Positions 1-8,319 of a stretch of DNA of 42,116 nucleotides are shown in pieces. The stretch comes from Escherichia phage sortsyn. The notes beneath the pieces are model-generated. The model made no database searches. It was not told the DNA's origin and was given only the letters and a program-made list of their open reading frames with translations. The stretch is taken from sequence record MN850623.1. One strand, given 5' to 3'. Position 1 is the first letter of the stretch, and the number at the start of each line of letters is the position of its first letter. A program made the translations under genes and the position numbers.

Positions 1-22
1 CACGCCGATCTCCCTGGCGAAC

Positions 23-2125
23 ATGATCTCCCAAGCCGTGACCGATGCCGGGAAGGGCGTCGGGCTGGTGGATGAAAGCACCCAAGCGCCAACCATCACG
101 CCTGGGGGGATCCCTGGTCTGGCCCCTACTGACAAATACGCGCAGATCGGGACCCTGATCGGCGATATGCTCGCGCCGCTACCTGGCCCGCGTAAGGCTC
201 AGGCGGCGACCGAACTCCTCGGACTGGTTCGTGAAGCGCCGGACGCGACCAGCTTCGCGACCCGTCTCGCCGATATGACCCAGAACTGGATCGCGGCTCC
301 GGCGGCTCGTGCTGTGCCTGGCGCGATCGCCGCTGGTCGTGGGGACCCGGAGGAGACGCTGACGAATATCGCACTAGCGCCCGCTGGCGAGGCTGTGGGC
401 CGCGCTGTTATCGGTGGCGCTGGTAGGCTGTGGAATGCGCTCAGGGGCGGCGAGGGGGCCGCAGGTGGCGCAGCAGACGCAGCAGCGGACGCAACCCGAT
501 CCACCCAGGCGACCGAGGCGGGAATCTCCGACGCTGTGGCTCGTGATGCGAGCAAGTTCCGACTGACCCCCGATCAGAATGTGCAAGGCGCGAACGGTGA
601 AACCCTCCGCGCTTCTGACGAGATGATCGACCTCGCGAACATGGCGGACGTGGACAAAAAGCTGATGAAAACCGCCCGCGATCTGGGGATGGAGGATCAA
701 CTGACCCCGGCGGCTTATGCGCGTGATACGCAGTTTAGGACCACGCTCCAGCAGCTTGTAAGCCGGAAAAGTTCCAACCTGGAAACTCAGCAGATTAACG
801 GGATCTCTCGCTTAGGTGAGAAGGCCGACGAGCTGATCGACAGCATGAGCAGCATGAACGCGAACACGCTCGATCAGGCATTCAGCCAGCGCACGAAGGC
901 AGTGATCGACGACCTCGCGGCCCAGGCTGACGACGTTTACACGAAGATCGGGCAGAAGCTACCGAAGAACGCCCAGATCGACGCAAACAACACGCTTAAC
1001 CACCTGTGGGCGAAAGCGGACGTAGACGGGCTGGGAACGCTGGACCCTGTGGAGCGTAAGGCGCTGGACTGGCTCCAGCCTGTAAACGACCAGATGGGGC
1101 CACCGACTTATTCCCGTCTGGATAAACTCCGCCAGCAGGTCGGCGCGGCGATCAGCAAGAAAGAGGGGCCGTTTAAGGACTCCGACCGGGCGGCGCTTAA
1201 ACAGCTTTACGCACGACTGACCGAGGACCAGGAAGCGGTCGCGGCTCGCTACGGGGCGGCGGACGACTGGGCCGTGGGTAAACAGCTTGTTAAGCGTCGT
1301 AAGGACCTGGAGACGCTGGCGCGTGATGCGCTGGGGAAAGATCTCGACGGCTCGATCTCCGGCAAGGTCCAGAACGCGATCTTAAACCTGGGCAAAAAAG
1401 GCGGCAGCGCTCGCGACTGGGACAAGCTGATGGCGGCAACCCCGGAGAGCATCAAACAGGATGTAGTCGCTAATGCGCTGGAGCGTACCCTGGGCGCACG
1501 TAGCGCCCGCGATACCTTCGCGATCCCCGGCTTCGTGGACTGGTACAAGACCGCCCAGGCTAACGGGACGTTAGGAAACGTCATGCAGCACCTACCGCGC
1601 CAGCAGCGCCAGCGCCTCATGCAGATCTACCGCGTGGCGAACGGGATCGACCGGGCGAAACGCTTTACCACGACGACGGGATCGATCTCCGACTTCGTGA
1701 AGCGATTCGACGATCCGGGCGCTGGTGGCGTGTTGTCCAAGCTGTACGGGGCGGCGGGATGGTTAGGGAAACACGTCGCAGCATACGCGGCAGCAGGTCC
1801 GGCAGGTAACGCAGCAGTAGCCGCAGCGTCGGCAGCGGCCCGATCTCGTGTTCCGCGATCTGTTCTTGCGGACAACGTGCTTTCTGGTGAAAACTTCAAT
1901 AAACTGTTACAAGCCGCAGCCGCGCAGAGTTCCGGGAAGCTGACCCCAGCGGGCCGGACGTTCGTCCGAGAGGCCGAGGAAGCGGCGGCAAACTCGCCGG
2001 AGTGGAAAGCCTTGATCGAGGCCATGACCCCGGAGGAGAAAGCAGCCGTTAACCGCGCCGGGATCGTCGGATTCCTTTCCGGTACTGGCGGGCAAGCGGC
2101 AGCAAGCGACCAGCAGCAACAATAA
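23..2125 (+). CDS. Virion ejection/DNA-transfer protein, C-terminal portion (gp16-like position); 5'-partial, frame open back to base 2
   Basis: Long Ala/Gly/Gln-rich ORF directly upstream of the tailspike; reading frame is open from window base 2 with first ATG at 23; continues in frame from the ORF that runs off the 3' end of the window. Confidence 0.55.
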   Translation: MISQAVTDAGKGVGLVDESTQAPTITPGGIPGLAPTDKYAQIGTLIGDMLAPLPGPRKAQAATELLGLVREAPDATSFATRLADMTQNWIAAPAARAVPGAIAAGRGDPEETLTNIALAPAGEAVGRAVIGGAGRLWNALRGGEGAAGGAADAAADATRSTQATEAGISDAVARDASKFRLTPDQNVQGANGETLRASDEMIDLANMADVDKKLMKTARDLGMEDQLTPAAYARDTQFRTTLQQLVSRKSSNLETQQINGISRLGEKADELIDSMSSMNANTLDQAFSQRTKAVIDDLAAQADDVYTKIGQKLPKNAQIDANNTLNHLWAKADVDGLGTLDPVERKALDWLQPVNDQMGPPTYSRLDKLRQQVGAAISKKEGPFKDSDRAALKQLYARLTEDQEAVAARYGAADDWAVGKQLVKRRKDLETLARDALGKDLDGSISGKVQNAILNLGKKGGSARDWDKLMAATPESIKQDVVANALERTLGARSARDTFAIPGFVDWYKTAQANGTLGNVMQHLPRQQRQRLMQIYRVANGIDRAKRFTTTTGSISDFVKRFDDPGAGGVLSKLYGAAGWLGKHVAAYAAAGPAGNAAVAAASAAARSRVPRSVLADNVLSGENFNKLLQAAAAQSSGKLTPAGRTFVREAEEAAANSPEWKALIEAMTPEEKAAVNRAGIVGFLSGTGGQAAASDQQQQ

Positions 2126-2129
2126 CAAC

Positions 2130-2152
2130 GGGGGCGATAAGCCCCCTTTCTC
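2130..2152 (+). terminator. Terminator-like hairpin between ejection gene and tailspike
   Basis: Stem GGGGGC/GCCCCC then TTTCTC; abuts the tailspike ATG. Confidence 0.4.
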
Positions 2153-4405
2153 ATGGAGAACACAATGGCCCGCGACGTATACGCTGATATTGGTATGCCT
2201 TCGACGCCTTTCCTACGTCTGGACCGCTTCGCGGCGCTGGTCAACGGGAAGATCTATGTAGGCGTGAAAGATACCGACCCGCTGAACCCAGCGAACCAGA
2301 CCCAGGTCTTTGTCGAGGACGAGGACGGAACGCTGACGCCAATCCCGCAGCCAGTACGGACCAACGTCTCCGGCTATCCGGTCTGGAACGGTCAAGTAGT
2401 CAAACTGATCACCAAGATCGAATCATCCATGAAGGTGATGGACGCGAACGACGTCCAGCAATTCTATTTCGGGAACCTGTTCAAATATGATCCGGTCCAG
2501 ATGTGGAACCTTCTCACCTCGCCGACTGGCTGGGAGTACGTGGGGACGAATTACGGCGTTTTGAAAGAGTCGATTCAGGGCTGGATCACTCCTTTTCAGT
2601 TCGTCGGGAAAGCGCCATTCACCAGCGTGTCCGCAGCCATCCAAACCATGTTTGACACGGCTCAGGCCCAAAAGCTGGCAGTCTGGGCCATTGGCTGGGA
2701 GGGAACGCTGGACGGCAACGTGACCGCGACGGATATCCTCATCATGGGGGGAACGTGGAAAGGTACGCCGGACTTTTTCATGGACAATTCCACGCTGAAA
2801 GGCGCGACCATCAAAAACGCCCGTATTCGCGTATGGGGCGGCGACGTAAGGATCCGCGATTGCCTGTTTGACGGCAAGCCGACCACGAGCAAGGTCGCAA
2901 GCGTAATGATGCAAGCCCTACCGAAAAACGCGACTGTGGAAGTCACGGAGAGCGAGTTCCGCAATGGCCTTTACGGCATCTTGCAGCAGGGGACCGGGGA
3001 ACTCGTCACGCGTGGCCTGTATCGTAACTTGTCGTTTTACGACATGGGCGGCGACGGGATCGAGCTTAACGTGGTCCAGCGCCACTACGACGACGGATGC
3101 GTGATCGAAAATATCTACCTGGAGAACATCGACTCCACCGGACAGGCTCCGATCAACCCGTCCAACTGGGGGATCGGGATCGGCGTCGCTGGTCAATCTC
3201 CGTATGGTATCGACACGCCGGACGAGAACTTCGCGAAGAACATCACGATCCGCAACGTGACGGGCGTCGGCGTCCGCCAGCTTGTTCACTTCGAAATGGT
3301 CCGCGACTCCGTGATCGAGAACATCAACGGCGACCCGGATCAGAACGTGTCTAACGGCTCCGGCCTGACGCTGGCGACGGTCCTCTGTTATGGCTCGCGC
3401 CGCGTGTCGATCGATGGAGTTCGCGGGGAGCCGATCGTCCAGTCCGGGACCCTGGCCTCCGACGTCCGCGTGGTTATGCTGGAGTGGGGGACTAACGCCG
3501 GAGTGGGCGCTCGTGGTCCTTGCCAGGACATGACCGTGAGGAACGTCTATTCCAAGACCGGGCGCTTTTACGCTGGCGTGGGTACGGAAAAGGCCGGGGC
3601 AACCAACCGTTGCCGATTCAGTAACATCAACGTGGCTAAATTCTCCGTTTTCGGCGTGGCTACCGAACTGGATTTAAACGATATCTCCGGCGATATCTTC
3701 GACGCGATCGGGGATGATTCCAGCGGCGGGACGCCTTCGAATGGTTATATCGCTGGCGGTCGCACCGTGTTACGCATGAATAATGTGAACTTCGGCGCGT
3801 ACCCGGATCAGGGCTGGAGCCGTTGCGCATACAGCCAGATTGATTGCGTTAATTCGAACGTGTTCGCCCGTCCGTACCCTCGTTCGGGGACTAACGGCGG
3901 CGTAGGCGCTGAAATGCAGCCCTCTAACCACACTTACCTGATCCCTACTCCTGACCAGATGGACGGCGTAGGGATCTGGGATGGTAACGCGTTCCCGACC
4001 GGGCGCGAGTTCATGGAGGGCGATCTCCTGGTCCGCAACGATGGCAAGATCTTTGCCGTCGAGACGTCCGGCGCATACCTCCCGGCGGTCGCAGAATTGC
4101 AGATTAAAGCGACGGCAGCGGGCCAGACCTACCTCGCGCAAAATTACGCGATGGCTGGCAACAAGTCGGATCAGGTCTGGTTTTATAAGACCCCACTGAC
4201 GCAGGGGACCCGCATCACGATCCCCGGAGCCGGGGCTGGCGGCGCGGCGCTTAACACGGTGATCACTCGCGCACCGTACAGCACCAACCCAAGCAACCCG
4301 ACCGCAGAGATCAGGATCGACATTGCGGACGCTATCGTGACTGGAACCGTGGCGGGCGTTCAACTGGCGGCAACGAAGCCGATCTCCTTCCGAACTCCGG
4401 TATAA
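2153..4405 (+). CDS. Tailspike protein: P22-type head-binding N-terminal domain plus parallel beta-helix receptor-binding/depolymerase domain
   Basis: N-terminus (VNGKIYVGVKDTDPLNPANQTQVFVEDEDG...YPVWNGQVVKLIT) matches the P22 gp9 head-binding domain pattern as recalled; central region has beta-helix-like repeats (NITIRNVTGVGV, VIENINGDP, MTVRNVYSKTG). Confidence 0.9.
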   Translation: MENTMARDVYADIGMPSTPFLRLDRFAALVNGKIYVGVKDTDPLNPANQTQVFVEDEDGTLTPIPQPVRTNVSGYPVWNGQVVKLITKIESSMKVMDANDVQQFYFGNLFKYDPVQMWNLLTSPTGWEYVGTNYGVLKESIQGWITPFQFVGKAPFTSVSAAIQTMFDTAQAQKLAVWAIGWEGTLDGNVTATDILIMGGTWKGTPDFFMDNSTLKGATIKNARIRVWGGDVRIRDCLFDGKPTTSKVASVMMQALPKNATVEVTESEFRNGLYGILQQGTGELVTRGLYRNLSFYDMGGDGIELNVVQRHYDDGCVIENIYLENIDSTGQAPINPSNWGIGIGVAGQSPYGIDTPDENFAKNITIRNVTGVGVRQLVHFEMVRDSVIENINGDPDQNVSNGSGLTLATVLCYGSRRVSIDGVRGEPIVQSGTLASDVRVVMLEWGTNAGVGARGPCQDMTVRNVYSKTGRFYAGVGTEKAGATNRCRFSNINVAKFSVFGVATELDLNDISGDIFDAIGDDSSGGTPSNGYIAGGRTVLRMNNVNFGAYPDQGWSRCAYSQIDCVNSNVFARPYPRSGTNGGVGAEMQPSNHTYLIPTPDQMDGVGIWDGNAFPTGREFMEGDLLVRNDGKIFAVETSGAYLPAVAELQIKATAAGQTYLAQNYAMAGNKSDQVWFYKTPLTQGTRITIPGAGAGGAALNTVITRAPYSTNPSNPTAEIRIDIADAIVTGTVAGVQLAATKPISFRTPV

Positions 4406-4440
4406 AAAAAAGGGGCCTTAATTGGCCCCTTCTTCTTCTC
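4406..4440. terminator. Bidirectional rho-independent terminator between tailspike (+) and DUF2829 gene (-)
   Basis: A8 run, stem AGGGGCC/GGCCCCT, T-rich tail. Confidence 0.7.
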
Positions 4441-4458
4441 TCGATTCCGCGTTAACAA

Positions 4459-4743
4459 TCAGCGTAAGATCGTCCAGTCATTGGCGAACAGGTCGCCCTG
4501 TGATGGGACCCAACCCGGTTGCATTACGCCTTGCGCATTTTTAAGATCAAGATGCGGGGCGATCGTAAATTCGCCAGTGATCCCGGCCTTTGCATAATCA
4601 CTACCCGGTCGCGGCTCGTTTACGGTATACCCGCCAGCCTTGATCACGAATTGATTAGCGCCATTCCATCCAGCGCGGGCAATTTTATAACCTTCCTTCA
4701 CTGCGATCAGAGCTTCGCTAAAGCTAAGGCCGGACTTAATCAT
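4459..4743 (-). CDS. DUF2829-like small phage protein
   Basis: 94 aa with GWNG...WVPSQGDLFANDW signature recalled for DUF2829; overlaps the upstream HTH gene by 8 nt. Confidence 0.5.
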   Translation of the reverse strand: MIKSGLSFSEALIAVKEGYKIARAGWNGANQFVIKAGGYTVNEPRPGSDYAKAGITGEFTIAPHLDLKNAQGVMQPGWVPSQGDLFANDWTILR

Positions 4744-4954
4744 GATTCACTCCATACTCGATCAGGTCTGCGATCGACACGTCCAGGGCGGCAGCGAGTC
4801 GGCAGAGGTTAGTAATATGTGGCAACTCGTGCCCGTTCTCGTATCGGCTCAACTGGTGGGCGATCATGCCTACGCGTTCCGCCAGATCTTTTTGCTGGAT
4901 GCCTTTCGCCTCTCGGACCTGCTTCACGAGGCAAACGGGCTTTAATGTTGCCAT
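4736..4954 (-). CDS. XRE/Cro-type helix-turn-helix transcriptional regulator
   Basis: HTH pattern QKDLAERVGMIAHQLSRYENG; AAGGAG Shine-Dalgarno 7 nt before the second ATG (4954); ORF track start 4969 is the alternative. Confidence 0.75.
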   Translation of the reverse strand: MATLKPVCLVKQVREAKGIQQKDLAERVGMIAHQLSRYENGHELPHITNLCRLAAALDVSIADLIEYGVNHD

Positions 4955-4986
4955 GATCGGCTCCTTCATTGGTTAACGTCTCCGTG

Positions 4987-5015
4987 ATTATTCATTAAAC
5001 CGTTATCTAAATCAA
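4987..5015 (-). promoter_or_regulatory. Putative sigma70 promoter for the HTH-DUF2829 pair
   Basis: Minus-strand -35 TTGATT, 17-bp spacer, -10 AATAAT; overlaps the 3' end of the HNH gene. Confidence 0.4.
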
Positions 5016-5452
5016 TCTGGGTTAAGCGCTTCACCGTTAACCAGATGCCACTCTTTATGATGCCTCTCGCAGAGCCAGCGGACCTCTAACGGGCGATCGT
5101 AGTCGTCATGGTGTCCCACTACCTTCTCCGCTCCGCAGACCTCACACGGCCCCCTCGTTAGCTCTCCGCGCCTTAACGCGTTATAGACCAGATTGTGGGC
5201 CTTTCGCTTCTTTGGGTGTTTTGTGTGGTAGGAGGATTTTGTGGCGTTCGCCTTCTCCCTACCCGGTCCGGCCTGGTACTCCTTCACCTGTTCGATGATC
5301 CGCTCCTTCCTGACCGGATCGGCGTGATAGTACGCCCGGTAATTGTTGTTCTTGCACTGGCGACAGCGCGAGTCCCTTCCGTCCTTCTTGCTCTTGTTCC
5401 TGTGGAACTCCTCCAGCGGCTTCGATTCGTGACAGATGGCGCATTGTTTCAT
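5012..5452 (-). CDS. HNH endonuclease
   Basis: CxxC...CxxC zinc ligands and HNH core VVGHHDDYDRPLEVRWLCERHHKEWH; very basic; AGG/AGA-rich codon usage unlike neighbours. Confidence 0.7.
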   Translation of the reverse strand: MKQCAICHESKPLEEFHRNKSKKDGRDSRCRQCKNNNYRAYYHADPVRKERIIEQVKEYQAGPGREKANATKSSYHTKHPKKRKAHNLVYNALRRGELTRGPCEVCGAEKVVGHHDDYDRPLEVRWLCERHHKEWHLVNGEALNPD

Positions 5453-5495
5453 CTCGTCGGCTCCTGGGAGGATCGGCCCCGAAGGGCCTCACCCG

Positions 5496-6047
5496 TTAAA
5501 ACGGAATGTCATCATCGAAATCAAGCGGAGGCTCCCCGCCATTAGACGCTCCAGAAGCGCCTCCAGACGACGCAGGACCCGACCCGCTACCCTTGCCCGG
5601 ATTTTGCGAATTAGACGCGCCACGGCCCGGAGAATTGCGAGAATTGCCACCGCCGCCGGAGTGGGTAGGTCCATTCCCCCCAGACTGGCCTCCCTCTTTC
5701 TTCCCGCCGAGCATTTGCATAGTGCCGCCGACGTTCACGACGACCTCAGTCGTGTACTTCTCGACGCCCTGCTGGTCCGTCCACTTGCGCGTCCTAAGCT
5801 GGCCCTCAATGTAAACCTGTGAACCCTTGCGCAGATACTCCCCGGCGACCTCCGCCAGCTTCCCGAACAATACGACGCGATGCCATTCCGTTTGCTCTTT
5901 CATTTCGCCCGTTTGCTTATCGCGCCAGGATTCAGAGGTGGCGATCGTAATGTTCGCCACCGCTCCACCTGACGGCATGTAACGCACTTCGGGATCCTGG
6001 CCCAGATTGCCGACCAGAATCACCTTGTTAACGCCGCGTGATGCCAT
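5496..6047 (-). CDS. ssb: Single-stranded DNA-binding protein
   Basis: OB-fold N-terminus ([42 protein letters not shown]), Gly-rich linker, acidic C-terminal tail DDDIPF. Confidence 0.95.
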   Translation of the reverse strand: MASRGVNKVILVGNLGQDPEVRYMPSGGAVANITIATSESWRDKQTGEMKEQTEWHRVVLFGKLAEVAGEYLRKGSQVYIEGQLRTRKWTDQQGVEKYTTEVVVNVGGTMQMLGGKKEGGQSGGNGPTHSGGGGNSRNSPGRGASNSQNPGKGSGSGPASSGGASGASNGGEPPLDFDDDIPF

Positions 6048-6049
6048 GT

Positions 6050-6769
6050 TTAGAAGTCCTCAATATTCGGTTTATCTTCCGCCGCTGGCGCTTCCTGCTG
6101 TGGCTCTACCGGGGCGGCGGGCTGTTCTTGTGCCGGGGCATTATCGGCGGCTTTTTTCTTCTGGACAACCGAGGCCGGATTAAATCCTTTCGACTCGCTG
6201 GCGCGGAGAGCCGCCTTGCGGGTAATGTGCCAGTCACGGACAACCTTCACGGAGGCTTGATCGTCTGCCAGGGCGTGGACAACTTTCCCCACGGCTTCGT
6301 CCAGCTTTTGCACGTCCTCGATCCCTTCCAGATCTGCGATCCACTGGCGGGCGGTTTTCTTCGTCGCGTTCCCGTCGTCGTCTGCCTGGGTGATGCCGAA
6401 CAGCGCCGCCAGGTGATAGCGTCGGGCATAGGTGATCGCCGAGCCGACAGAGTGAGCCGCCGCGCCCTTACCGAACGAGAGAGGCATTTCCATAATCGCC
6501 GTCATGTACTCGCCGGACTCGTGGAGGACCATCGTCTCCAGCGGTAACACGAGCATGTTATTTTTTTCGGTGCAGGGCATAGGCGTCTGAACGACGATCA
6601 GACCGTTCGACTCAAGCGCCGGGCGAATGGTGGCGATGAAGGATCCCAAGTCCGCATACCAGTTATGCAGGTGATTATTTTCCGTGTTCTTTTTGGCTTC
6701 CGACATCATAGCGATACGGGCCTTTACCATTGCCGGGACGATCGCGGCGCGTGATTCTGAAAATTCCAT
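6050..6769 (-). CDS. erf: ERF-family single-strand annealing recombinase
   Basis: Motif [18 protein letters not shown] matches the Erf core (P22 Erf: TSSYARKYCLNGLFGI as recalled). Confidence 0.8.
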   Translation of the reverse strand: MEFSESRAAIVPAMVKARIAMMSEAKKNTENNHLHNWYADLGSFIATIRPALESNGLIVVQTPMPCTEKNNMLVLPLETMVLHESGEYMTAIMEMPLSFGKGAAAHSVGSAITYARRYHLAALFGITQADDDGNATKKTARQWIADLEGIEDVQKLDEAVGKVVHALADDQASVKVVRDWHITRKAALRASESKGFNPASVVQKKKAADNAPAQEQPAAPVEPQQEAPAAEDKPNIEDF

Positions 6770-6771
6770 AA

Positions 6772-7812
6772 TTACACCTCTTTAAAATATTCTTTGTAAC
6801 GTTGTTGTAAGTAAATCGGAGTGGACAGCGCGATCTCCTCTTGCCCGTTCGCATAGGCGGGCCACACATCACGCTCGCGGCAGTGTTTGAGGACCTGGAG
6901 CGCCGTCTTGTACTGACCGCGACCGACGAGCAACTGTTCCGGCGTTAAGCGATTCATGAGGGCCAGCCACGGCTCGTCTTTTTCCTGTACGAGTAACTTC
7001 GTACCGTTCGGATCCTGCTGGTAGGCCAGCTTGAAACAATCATGTTGTAAAGCCATTTTGCACCAGTAGCCGAGATCGTGGGCCAGTCGCCCGAACTTCT
7101 CCGGCTCCGCGCTTTGCGTCGTCTTAAAGTCGATAATCTCCCCGACGTCCGTCACGCGGTCGAGCCGGACCTTAACGGGAACGCCGTCGATAATACAGAA
7201 CAGCGACAACTCCGGGACCCCCGTCTCAATGATCCGGCGGTAATTGTGGTTAGCCAGCAGAACGTCGCGCATTGAGTGAACGCGGTCCCAGTCCTTCGCC
7301 GGGACGATCTCGCGACCGTTCGCCTCTTTGATGGCGTTCGCCTCGATCTCGTGCCAGATGTGGAGCACTTCGTCCGGGGCCTGGACAGCGCGACACATCG
7401 CGATCAGTTCTTCGGCGGTTTTGTTGGAGTAGCCCTTCTGACCGCGATCCTTTAACCAGCTTTGCATTTTCGCTACAGAGGTGATCAGGTCCGGGAAGTC
7501 GTCCGGGTTAGGCAGACGGAAGAACTCACGAGCGAAGCGATCCGGCTCAAGTAACATCGTGTGGGAAGTGGTCCCGAACGTGAGCGGCTTCTGGGCGGAA
7601 TTGAGTTTTTTTGTTGCGGCTTCCTGTGCCTTCTGGAAACGCCAGGCGGCGGGGCATTTGCTGTAAATGGTCCAGAGGCTCGACCCGGTAATGTAGATCT
7701 CGTCCTCGTGGTATTGCTCATTGGTTAACTGGTCGGCGCTCCGGGCATCGACAAACATCGAAGCGGCTACGTCGTAGGCCGGGAGCGCTGGGATCAATCC
7801 GTTCGTTTGCAT
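6772..7812 (-). CDS. PD-(D/E)XK family exonuclease (RecE/exonuclease VIII-like, DUF3799-type)
   Basis: Nuclease core VRLDRVTDVGEIIDFKT with downstream Y..K; 4-nt ATGA overlap with erf start suggests translational coupling. Confidence 0.6.
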   Translation of the reverse strand: MQTNGLIPALPAYDVAASMFVDARSADQLTNEQYHEDEIYITGSSLWTIYSKCPAAWRFQKAQEAATKKLNSAQKPLTFGTTSHTMLLEPDRFAREFFRLPNPDDFPDLITSVAKMQSWLKDRGQKGYSNKTAEELIAMCRAVQAPDEVLHIWHEIEANAIKEANGREIVPAKDWDRVHSMRDVLLANHNYRRIIETGVPELSLFCIIDGVPVKVRLDRVTDVGEIIDFKTTQSAEPEKFGRLAHDLGYWCKMALQHDCFKLAYQQDPNGTKLLVQEKDEPWLALMNRLTPEQLLVGRGQYKTALQVLKHCRERDVWPAYANGQEEIALSTPIYLQQRYKEYFKEV

Positions 7813-7851
7813 TGTTGGGACCTCTCACTGGTGAATGTGAGAGGCATTAAA

Positions 7852-8319
7852 TCATTCTTTCGTGATGTTTGCAACGGGTAATTTAAGATAATATTCGAGA
7901 GCAGCCAGGCCAGCCTCGCAGCCCCACGCGACGGCAGTCCAGCCACCACGCGCCCGCGCCCGTTCGAGGATCTCCTTTTGCTCCGGCTTGAGCCGTGATT
8001 TGCTCCGGCTGTTCCGCTTCAACTCGATCAGCGCGAAGCCATAGCCCCCGCGAGGCTCAAGGATCACCCAGTCCGAGATCCCAGCCAGTCGTCCGAGCGC
8101 GTTCAACTTCGCCCCGTAGCGGGGATCGCTGGAGCCGCCGCTCTCGTTTACTGGGTGGAACGCCAGCAGCGCGTCGGGATCAGTGAGGGGATCGCCGTAG
8201 ATCTCCCGGATATTGCTCGCCATGTTTTGCTGTTCGACGTCCTCGTGTGGCGAGTAGGTCGGGATGTGGTCCAGATAGAACTCGCGCCAGAACTCAGTCT
8301 TTTTATTCAGTACGGACAT
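7852..8319 (-). CDS. VRR-NUC domain nuclease
   Basis: GISDWVILEPRGGYGFALIELKRNSRSKSRLKPEQKEIL fits the VRR-NUC D..E.K core pattern. Confidence 0.65.
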   Translation of the reverse strand: MSVLNKKTEFWREFYLDHIPTYSPHEDVEQQNMASNIREIYGDPLTDPDALLAFHPVNESGGSSDPRYGAKLNALGRLAGISDWVILEPRGGYGFALIELKRNSRSKSRLKPEQKEILERARARGGWTAVAWGCEAGLAALEYYLKLPVANITKE

